Source: Gordius albopunctatus (taxonomy: Eukaryota). From it: a DNA stretch of 64,000 nt. The notes below the pieces were generated by a model. That model ran no database searches and had not been told where the DNA came from. It saw nothing but the letters and a program-made list of their open reading frames with translations. How positions within the stretch are numbered: the stretch's first letter is position 1; every line of letters begins with the position of its first letter. The position numbers and the translations under genes are program-made. The stretch spans positions 8,494,001 through 8,558,000 of the forward strand of contig OZ193910.1 of the NCBI GenBank assembly GCA_964276515.1, given 5' to 3'. Positions 45,001 through 54,636 of this stretch are shown one piece after another.

Positions 45001-48000
45001 TTACTTTGAAATCATCATCGCATAGAGCATGTTTAAATAATTAAGCACTCACGTTGCGATACAACAAATTAATCGCAACAATATAACGTTGTCTTTTCTA
45101 AAAATGATTGTTCTCGCAGCTTAAAACTTCTTATAAGGAGTCGATCGAGATTAATAGGATTCTCAAATCAGCTTACTTTTATATATTTTTTCAAGCTCTT
45201 TTACATAAAATAACAAAAAATATATTTTTCACGTTAAAATAATTCACAATTTTTTCCTTTCAACCATATTCAACCGATGAAAGTTGTTATTTTCAGACGT
45301 GATTTCCATGATAAAAAGTCAAAATTTATCATAATTAGAAAACTATTACTTTGAAATCATCATCGCATAGAGCATGTTTAAATAATTAAGCCCTCACGTT
45401 GCGATACAACAAATCAATCGCAACAATATAACGTTGTCTTTTCTAAAAATGATTGTTCTCGCAGCTTAAAACTTCTTATAAGGAGTCGATCGAGATTAAT
45501 AGGATTCTCAAATCAGCTTACTTTTATATATTTTTTCAAGCCCTTTTACATAAAATAACAAAAAATATATTTTTCAGGTTAAAATAATTCACAATTTTTT
45601 CCTTTCAACCATATTCAACCGATGAAAGTTGTTATTTTCAGACGTGATTTCCATGATAAAAAGTCAAAATTTATCATAATTAGAAAACTATTACTTTGAA
45701 ATCATCATCGCATAGAGCATGTTTAAATAATTAAGCCCTCACGTTGCGATACAACAAATCAATCGCAACAATATAACGTTGTCTTTTCTCAAAATGATTG
45801 TTCTCGCAGCTTAAAACTTCTAATAAGGAGTCGATCGAGAATAATAGGATTCTCAAATGAGCTTACTTTTATATATTTTTTCAAGCTCTTTTACATAAAA
45901 TAACAAAAAATATATTTTTTCAGGTTAAAATAATTCACAATTTTTTCCTTTCAACCATATTCAACCGATGAAAGTTGTTATTTTCAGACGTGATTTCCAT
46001 GATAAAAAGTCAAAATTTAGCAGAATTAGAAAACTATTACTTTGAAATCATCATCGCATAGAGCATGTTTAAATAATTAAGCACTCACGTTGCGATACAA
46101 CTAATCGCAACAATATAACGTTGTCTTTTCTCAAAATGATTGTTCTCGCAGGTTAAAACTTCTTTCTGAAGTCAATCGAGGATAAAAGGTTTCTCTAATT
46201 GGCTTACTTTAATATATTTTTTCAAGCTCTTTTACATAAAATAACAAAAAAAATATTTTTTCAGGTTAAATAATTCACAATTTTTTCCTTTCAACCATAT
46301 TCAACCGATGAAAGTTGTTATTTTCAGACGTGATTTCCATGATAAAAAGTCAAAATTTAGCAGAATTAGAAAACTATTACTTTGAAATCATCATCGCATA
46401 GAGCATGTTTAAATAATTAAGCACTCACGTTGCGATACAACTAATCGCAACAATATAACGTTGTCTTTTCTCAAAATGATTGTTCTCGCAGCTTAAAACT
46501 TCTAATAAGGAGTCGATCGAGAATAATAGGATTCTCAAATGAGCTTACTTTTATATATTTTTCAAGCTCTTTTACATAAAATAACAAAAAATATATTTTT
46601 TCAGGTTAAAATAATTCACAATTTTTTCCTTTCAACCATATTCAACCGATGAAAGTTGTTATTTTCAGACGTGATTTCGATGATAAAAAGTCAAAATTTA
46701 TCATAATTAGAAAACTATTACTTTGAAATCATCATCGCATAGAGCATGTTTAAATAATTAAGCACTCACGTTGCGATACAACAAATTAATCGCAACAATA
46801 TAACGTTGTCTTTTCTCAAAATGATTGTTCTCGCAGCTTAAAACTTCTAATAAGGAGTCGATCGAGAATAATAGGATTCTCAAATGAGCTTACTTTTATA
46901 TATTTTTTCAAGCTCTTTTACATAAAATAACAAAAAATATATTTTTTCAGGTTAAAATAATTCACAATTTTTTCCTTTCAACCATATTCAACCGATGAAA
47001 GTTGTTATTTTCAGACGTGATTTCCATGATAAAAAGTCAAAATTTATCAGAATTAGAAAACTATTACTTTGAAATCATCATCGCATAGAGCATGTTTAAA
47101 TAATTAAGCACTCACGTTGCGATACAACTAATCGCAACAATATAACGTTGTCTTTTCTCAAAATGATTGTTCTCGCAGCCTAAAACTTCTAATAAGGAGT
47201 CGATCGAGAATAATAGGATTCTCAAATGAGCTTACTTTTATATATTTTTTCAAGCTCTTTTACATAAAATAACAAAAAATATATTTTTTCAGGTTAAAAT
47301 AATTCACAATTTTTTCCTTTCAACCATATTCAACCGATGAAAGTTGTTATTTTCAGACGTGATTTCGATGATAAAAAGTCAAAATTTATCATAATTAGAA
47401 AACTATTACTTTGAAATCATCATCGCATAGAGCATGTTTAAATAATTAAGCACTCACGTTGCGATACAACAAATTAATCGCAACAATATAACGTTGTCTT
47501 TTCTAAAAATGATTGTTCTCGCAGCTTAAAACTTCTTATAAGGAGTCGATCGAGATTAATAGGATTCTCAAATCAGCTTACTTTTATATATTTTTTCAAG
47601 CCCTTTTACATAAAATAACAAAAAATATATTTTTCAGGTTAAAATAATTCACGATTTTTTCCTTTCAACCATATTCAACCGATGAAAGTTGTTATTTTCA
47701 GACGTGATTTCCATGATAAAAAGTCAAAATTTATCATAATTAGAAAACTATTACTTTGAAATCATCATCGCATAGAGCATGTTTAAATAATTAAGCACTC
47801 ACGTTGCGATACAACTAATCGCAACAATATAACGTTGTCTTTTCTCAAAATGATTGTTCTCGCAGCTTAAAACTTCTAATAAGGAGTCGATCGAGAATAA
47901 TAGGATTCTCAAATGAGCTTACTTTTATATATTTTTTCAAGCTCTTTTACATAAAATAACAAAAAATATATTTTTTCAGGATAAAATAATTCACAATTTT

Positions 48001-49196
48001 TTCCTTTCAACCATATTCAACCGATGAAAGTTTTTATTGTCAGACGTGATTTCCATGATAAAAAGTCAAAATTTATCATAATTAGAAAACTATTAATTTG
48101 AGATCATCATCACATAGAGCGTGTTTAAATAATTAAGCACTCACGTTGCGATACAACAAACTAATCGCAACAAGATAACGTTGTCTTTTCGCAAAATGAT
48201 AGTTTTCGCAGCTTGAAACATCTTATAAGGAGTCGATCGAGAATAATAGGATTCTCAAATTAGCTTACTTTTATATATTTTATCAAGCTCTTTTACATAA
48301 AATAACAAAAAATATTTTTTTTCAGGTTAAAATAATTCACAATTTTTTCCTTTCAACCATATTCAACCGATGAAAGTTTTTATTTTCAGACGTGATTTCC
48401 ATGATAAAAAGTCAAAATTTATCAGAATTAGAAAACTATTACTTTGAAATCATCATCGCATAGAGCATGTTTAAATAATTAAGCACTCACGTTGCGATAC
48501 AACTAATCGCAACAATATAACGTTGTCTTTTCTCAAAATGATTGTTCTCGCAGCTTAAAACTTCTAATAAGGAGTCGATCGAGAATAATAGGATTCTCAA
48601 ATGAGCTTACTTTTATATATTTTTTCAAGCTCTTTTACATAAAATAACAAAAAATATATTTTTTCAGGATAAAATAATTCACAATTTTTTCCTTTCAACC
48701 ATATTCAACCGATGAAAGTTTTTATTGTCAGACGTGATTTCCATGATAAAAAGTCAAAATTTATCATAATTAGAAAACTATTAATTTGAGATCATCATCG
48801 CATAGAGCGTGTTTAAATAATTAAGCACTCACGTTGCGATACAACAAACTAATCGCAACAAGATAACGTTGTCTTTTCGCAAAATGATAGTTTTCGCAGC
48901 TTGAAACATCTTATAAGGAGTCGATCGAGAATAATAGGATTCTCAAATTAGCTTACTTTTATATATTTTATCAAGCTCTTTTACATAAAATAACAAAAAA
49001 TATTTTTTTTCAGGTTAAAATAATTCACAATTTTTTCCTTTCAACCATATTCAACCGATGAAAGTTTTTATTTTCAGACGTGATTTCCATGATAAAAAGT
49101 CAAAATTTATCAGAATTAGAAAACTATTACTTTGAAATCATCATCGCATAGATCGTGTTTAAATAATTAAGCACTCACGTTGCGATACAACAAACT
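1..49196. repeat. Tandem satellite DNA array, monomer ~342-346 bp, about 143 copies, head-to-tail, open at window start
   Basis: The motif gatgaaagttgttattttcagacg recurs at 1, 347, 693, 1039, 1385, 1731, 2077 (variant gaagaaag), 2419 and onward. The period is 346, or 342 when a 4-bp loop indel is absent. Copies are near-identical and no insertion was seen. Similarity stops after ...gcgatacaacaaact at 49196. Confidence 0.99.
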
Positions 49197-49484
49197 CTAT
49201 TGCCTGATAGAATTGAGTCTTTTAATTTTGAATGACAATATTAAATTATAATTTTTGATTAAAACAGATTTTATATGCTATAACTAAGCAATTTTTTGTG
49301 CAATACTTAATGGTTTTTATACAAATAAAAAATTTTGAAACAACTTATACTTGTTTTTACTCTTGCGGGCCTGATGCGACGCATTTTTTCGTTTTTTTGC
49401 AGGCCGCGTGCAGGCCAAAAAAATAATATTTGTGCGGGTATGGGCCGGGCTTAAACTTAAAATTTCGGCCCATGCACACCTCTA
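49197..49484. mobile_element. One end of a hAT-like DNA transposon/MITE (single TIR plus GC-rich subterminal repeats)
   Basis: Clustered gcgggcc/gcaggcc/gggccgggc motifs at 49365-49470 end in cggcccatgcacacctcta (reverse complement TAGAGGTGTGCATGGGCCG). From memory this resembles hAT termini. No partner TIR was seen in the window. Confidence 0.5.
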
Positions 49485-49489
49485 TATTT

Positions 49490-49808
49490 AGGGTATTGAG
49501 AATATTTATTTGTCACAAGCTTATTATTGTAAAAAACGGGTGTAGTTGAGTAAAAAATTCAGACACAAACGACAAAGCAATTGTGGAAAAGAGTTTAAGG
49601 CAACAAGTAGCACCCTAACGATAAATAAGTATAAAAAAGTTGTATATCTCGTCCGCTAAACACTACCAAAAAGCAGGGTTGCAGCTGTCGCAGGTCTATA
49701 AAAAGTATATATAAACCATCTAGGATGCTAAAGTAATGATCTGGCCAAATTTGGTGGCAATCGGTCTAGAACTTTAGAAGTTAGGTTACATTTTTATATA
49801 TATAGATA
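49490..49808 (+). mobile_element. Possible non-autonomous Helitron/DINE-like element
   Basis: Ends in ccaaatttggtggcaatcggtctagaacttt...tttttatatatatagat, a terminal pattern I recall from invertebrate Helitron-like repeats. The left boundary is uncertain. Confidence 0.3.
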
Positions 49809-49861
49809 ATGTTACATACAATTAACAATAAGTTGAATAAAGTATAAAATTTAAAAAATAT

Positions 49862-50047
49862 TTAGATTCTTATTTGAAATTTGCCAGCTTTGGTTAAATA
49901 TTTGACTCCTTTAAATGGCTTGTAATTTTCTCCTGTAATATCTAATCGATTTATCTTCACCCCTGAAAATGTAACCTGAGGAATCGTGAAACTAACATTG
50001 ATAGTAAGATTCATGTCGGGTACTGACACACCATGATTTATAATAAT
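49862..50047 (-). CDS. AP3M1: AP-3 complex subunit mu, last coding exon
   Basis: After the acceptor ttttacag it translates as IIINHGVSVPDMNLTINVSFTIPQVTFSGVKINRLDITGENYKPFKGVKYLTKAGKFQIRI*. This matches the mu3 C-terminus (..SGLKVNRLDMYGEKYKPFKGVKYVTKAGKFQVR.). Stop TAA at 49862-49864. Confidence 0.95.
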   Translation of the reverse strand: MIINHGVSVPDMNLTINVSFTIPQVTFSGVKINRLDITGENYKPFKGVKYLTKAGKFQIRI

Positions 50048-50083
50048 CTGTAAAATAAAGAGTTCAATTTAAAAATTAATTAC
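50048..50083 (-). other. 36-nt GT-AG spliceosomal intron (phase 0) in the AP-3 mu gene
   Basis: Minus-strand sequence gtaattaatttttaaattgaactctttattttacag. Removing it joins ..PQLKGT to IIINHG.. in frame; read-through hits TAA. Confidence 0.9.
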
Positions 50084-50245
50084 TGTGCCCTTTAATTGTG
50101 GATTTCCTTTTATTACATCTAATTTTCCAACATCCCATTCCATCACTTTAGATTGTGGATCAAACGAAAAAACACCTTGAGTAGCAGTAAGATTCAAATT
50201 TGATATTAGTTTAGGAAAGGTTATTTCCAAAATCATATTATCAAT
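50084..50245 (-). CDS. AP3M1: AP-3 complex subunit mu, penultimate coding exon
   Basis: Acceptor ttcttattag, then IDNMILEITFPKLISNLNLTATQGVFSFDPQSKVMEWDVGKLDVIKGNPQLKGT, then donor gtaatt. Matches mu3 ..NLTPTQGSYTFDPVTKVLTWDVGKI..; 162 bp, phase 0/0. Confidence 0.95.
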
Positions 50246-51319
50246 CTAATAAGAAAAAAAAATTCTAAATAAAAAATTTTGTAGCGTGATTAAGGAAAAA
50301 AACATATTTTATTAAATTAATATAAATAAAAGCTGTGTTTGCGACAGACAAAAGACACATAGAATAAAATTTAGAAATATTGCTTAATTATAAATTCTTA
50401 ACCCGCGGAGTATTGTATTCAAAAAATATGATAAACATTGAGTTAATTACAAAAAATATATAAAAAATTTAGCTGTTTGTCACACTAAGGTGGTCAGCTT
50501 CTTTATATTGAAATTTAAATTAACTGCTTTAATTTTTTACTCAACGCCAAACCTAAAATAAAACAAAAAACTATGATTTTTTAATAAAAAAATGTTTAAA
50601 AATATAATGTAGAATTGTCAATCCATTTATATGAATATTTTTGTATAAAATGGGTGGGTTTGGATTGATAACGTAAGTAGGGGGAAATGGAACGCAATAT
50701 TTCGGGCAATTATGGCCCATTTTCAGGGGAAAAAATAAAAAAAGAGAAGATGAAGTCTTAAAAATTTGTCATTATGGGGGCTGAAAGGTCAATTAGCGAC
50801 CTTTTACGGTAGTCATGACGCTAAATTCAATGAATTTTTTCCATTATTCATGTAGTGGCAGGTAGGTATTTATCCATAGGGAAAAAATTTTTAATTTCCA
50901 TCGGTCATTTAATAATGGCCGAAATGTCATTTCTATCGTTGACTAGTCCCAAACCTTTTAAAATTGGAAACAAATGTTTTTTTACCACCTATATAACAAT
51001 TTAAATAAAAATGGGAGTTGGGCGACCATTTCTAAATGGTAAAAAAGGCAAAATATATACTTAATTATTTTGGGCGCCAAAATGAACAAAAAATCTATCA
51101 TTGCTATTTGAGCAATCTCTTATTATAAATATCCATAATTATAATAGTTTTGATACCAATTCATAATCAAAACAAATCAAAACGAATGTTTGTGTGAGGT
51201 GCGGTTCTTGCTTTTATAGTGGGATTTTTCGCTCGATTGCCTATTCATTCGGCCCTTGCCCTTTTTAAAATCACTACTCCGATTTAACCCTTAAAATTGA
51301 TCCCTTCACAGTTTCACAA

Positions 51320-51945
51320 CTATTTAGGTTTCGACCAAGGCCAGAAACACGTTCAGATTGAAACTAGACCGGGACAAGGGTAAAACCCGCTAACACCGGA
51401 AGACTCCAGACACGCAATTCCGAGCCCTGTTAAACCAGGGGTACCTGATGGGGCCCAGAATTGGTGTCACAGCTAGTGGAGCTGCAAAAGGAGCAAGCTG
51501 GAGCAAATCGAGAACAAATGAACATCATGGCGGTCAGGCCCCCCGAAGTGATAAGTGGAGCCTCTAAAGTTCAAATAATCCCGCCCCCGAGCCGCCAAAA
51601 ACACCGGCGTTAATGTGCGAATAAATGAGGAACCACGCAGCTGGTTTAGTGGCCTTACTAAAAGATCCTGACCAGAGGATACAAAAAAGGGATAAATACG
51701 AGCATGGGCGTAGACAGGGGGGGGTTCCCCCCTCTAAATCCAAAATTTTCTTTAAATTTATTAAGATTATGCCTAAAATTTCAAAAAATGTTCATTTCCC
51801 CCCCTCTAATTCCAATGCTGGCTACACCCGTAGAAACGAGGCAAATTATCCTCTCAAATGTCGCAACTATGTTTACCTACATCTCCTCTCCTTACTAATA
51901 GCACCTGACAACCCGCTCAAGACCCTATGCCTAGCCATATAGTAT
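51320..51945 (+). mobile_element. GC-richer decayed element in the intron, possibly an LTR-retrotransposon gag fragment (interrupted by a MITE)
   Basis: Composition shifts relative to the flanking intron. Broken frames give EEPRSWF and APDNPLKTLCLAI, loosely gag-like. Weak. Confidence 0.25.
51703..51832. mobile_element. ~130-bp hAT-type MITE
   Basis: Imperfect TIRs catgggcgtagacagg ... ctggctacacccgta. The flanking 8-mers aatacgag and gaaacgag match at 6/8 (decayed TSD). Same TIR family as 62025-62138. Confidence 0.65.
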
Positions 51946-53549
51946 AATTGGGCTACAACAACCAAAAAGAGCAAACTTGCTTAAATGAAATGTGGTTTAA
52001 AAACGTAGAAATATCAACCCCGAGATCGTCTAATAAATAACAGTTTTTCAGGGAGCTGGCATGGGCAGAAGCGAAAAGCCGAGCCGAAACGTCAAGAATG
52101 CGGCCCCCCTACGCGTTATTTAGAGCTGCGAGCGAAACATTTAAAAATAAAAACGTCGAACTCGGGCCAAAAAAAATCAATTTTACAGGGCCATAGCCAC
52201 AATCAATTCCATAATGATTTTTTAATAAAAGTTTGTAAAAAAATATATGAAAGATTTGAATTGACCAACTAACTAAATCCACGAATGCCCAGGAATGTAA
52301 AATATTTTATATGAAAATTAAAGAGGAAACGAAATTCCCTCCAACCATATAAAAAAGAAATGCCTATATACGATAAATATATTATAAAAAATGCGAAAAT
52401 TATGGCTGAAAATGACTAATTTTCAAAAGTCTGTATTTTAATTTTAATGGTTATATATATATGTGTGTAAAATTATGTTTCTAATACAATTAGACCTTAT
52501 TTTAATAAAAATTATAGTTGTTTTGATCTATGTTTACATATGAATTATTGGTGGAAAAATAAGCTAAGGCATTTACATTTCTACTTAATTTTTGTGGGTT
52601 CATAAAATTTTTATTTTTTTTGTATCAAAGGTTGGGCGTTTATTATTTAACGTGTAGCGCATAAAAGTTTTTCAATGAGGAGCATACAAATACCATCACA
52701 TCAAATTACCAGTTGTTTCAATCACTTAACAAAATGACACTTATAAAATCGTGGGTTTTTCCATAAACATTTCAAACACTAAAGGCGGAATTTTTATCAT
52801 TGAAGAAAATTACAAGAACCTACTCCAACCTTTAAAATCAGTCCATGATTACAAAGTTAAATTTAGCAATCGATTTTTTTTGCATTTGGCTACTTTTGGA
52901 CAAAAATATACACCAAATCCAAAAAAATCTAAGTTCTTGTACTTCTTAATTACAGATAATTTACGATTCCACATGGACTATTTTAATAAATCTTAACAAC
53001 CAAAATAATGTCGTTTAAAAGCAATTTAAATTGAAAAATCAAATTATGCTCAAATTCTTTAAAAAAAATAATTACGCCTAACATAGTTTTAGGCTTAGGC
53101 TATTTGAGGCTTATTTAATTTACGGCTTAATTTTTTTAATCATGCTTAAAATAGCTTCTTTTTCTAATCGATATCGACACAAAAAATTTAGACTTGCGAA
53201 AAATAGGCGAGATCATTTGCTGATAAACTTGCAAAATGTTAAAACCTAATGACTAGCATCTAAATCCATACAAGATCTAGTATTTCCGATGAGAGATCTC
53301 CAACAGATCGTTATTAGGTCTTTTTTCTCCACGGTGCGTTGGCCGGCCCATTAAAAAATGAAAATTCAAGCAATGATTTATGCTATTTTAATATTTTTAT
53401 TATCGGTAGATTTTAAGTCAGCCATTTAAAAATATATATAATATATCAATAATTCTAAAATTACAATTTGAGGCTAAGACAATAATAAAACGCAAATAAT
53501 TTTTCATTTATAAAAATGTAGCGAAATTTATTATATGTCAACAGCTTAC

Positions 53550-53867
53550 CGCTTTCCCTAATGAATGCCTTTGAGAGATCGACAATTCCATTTTGCCGGT
53601 TGGAGACAAGCTTGATTCATTATTAATTACTTTGTTGAAACTTATATGGCTGTGAATTTGAAATGGTAAAGGCGCAACGTTTTTTGAACTAACACGGTAA
53701 GCAAATAATCTAAATTGTCCATCAGGAGGTACAAAACAAATGTGTTTGTCATTTTCCCATCTTTTATATCGCACACAAGGATGAAAACTGACATCGTCTA
53801 AAAGACGTGGATTTACAAATGTCATGGTCAAATCTGGCATCCCGCTCAATTTGATTGAACTATCTAT
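53550..53867 (-). CDS. AP3M1: AP-3 complex subunit mu, internal exon (mu homology domain); upstream exons not found in window
   Basis: Acceptor tttattatag, then IDSSIKLSGMPDLTMTFVNPRLLDDVSFHPCVRYKRWENDKHICFVPPDGQFRLFAYRVSS...SLGKA, then donor gtaagc. 318 bp, phase 0/0. KLSGMPDL..NPRLLDDVSFHPC..PPDG is diagnostic of mu3. Confidence 0.95.
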
Positions 53868-54295
53868 CTATAATAAATAAGTATCAAATTAAATATATAA
53901 ATTTAGAAAGATGTTAAAGTGCCTGACACTTCCTTTCAAAACTAATTTTTTTCAAATTAAATATATTGCAAGAAAGTTAATTACAGGTTATTTTTCAAAG
54001 TTAATTAATAATCAGGGAAAACATTTTGACGTTATAGACTTATTAATTTTGCGTAGTATTAATAAATAACATATAACCAAAATAATTGCGTTCAATAATG
54101 AATTTCAATGAAATTATAAATAAGGGTAAAAAATTTTTATAGAGGATTGATATTATATAATTTAGCATGTGCCAAAGTTAATCATCTAAATCTTAAATCC
54201 GTAATTTAATTTAAAAAACATATTTTGGGTGTTATTTAATAATGATTTTTTGCAGTGTTTTATTGTGGTATCATATCTTTACAACCGAGCCAGAA

Positions 54296-54636
54296 ATACC
54301 TTGTAGTGGTGGTTGAGCTTGTGTACTCTCGTGATCCAAGAAGATATACCTTTGGTAGCCAAACACAATTTTTGTGTTTGTTAGTGGTGGGGTCACCCTA
54401 TTGGCAAGGTTCTTGGTGAAGGGTCAGACTAAAATTTATGGGCTCTTTGAGGGAGTACTAGTGAAATGGAAGTGGTAGATTAAGCCTATCAATACGAGTG
54501 GTCTTAAGAAAAGTTTAATTCACCAAAATGACGGCATCATAAAGAATAGTAGGTAGTCAAGCGCCAAAACCTAACATAGTTCCGTCAGGCTTGGAAGTCC
54601 GGGATATCAATACTCCCTCATTCCATATAAACCAAA
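54296..54636 (+). promoter_or_regulatory. Structured 5' UTR/leader of RTE copy A (kink-turn plus multiple helices)
   Basis: Complementary segments read directly: 54336-54342/54410-54416, 54360-54368/54372-54380, 54448-54457/54611-54620, 54482-54487/54587-54592, 54529-54534/54582-54587 and 54550-54554/54569-54573. Confidence 0.6.

Noticed and set aside
1..49196. CRISPR-like or rDNA/5S/tRNA array
   Set aside because: No unique spacers, no cloverleaf or A/B boxes, and no recognisable rRNA sequence; whole units are repeated.
50678..51293. Possible pogo/Tc1-like MITE (tagggggaaatgga ... tccgatttaaccctta)
   Set aside because: Terminal similarity is too degenerate to support without other copies.
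52049..53352. Possible decayed DNA transposon containing ORF 52751-52996
   Set aside because: It has GC-rich ends but no convincing TIR pair and no recognisable transposase motif.
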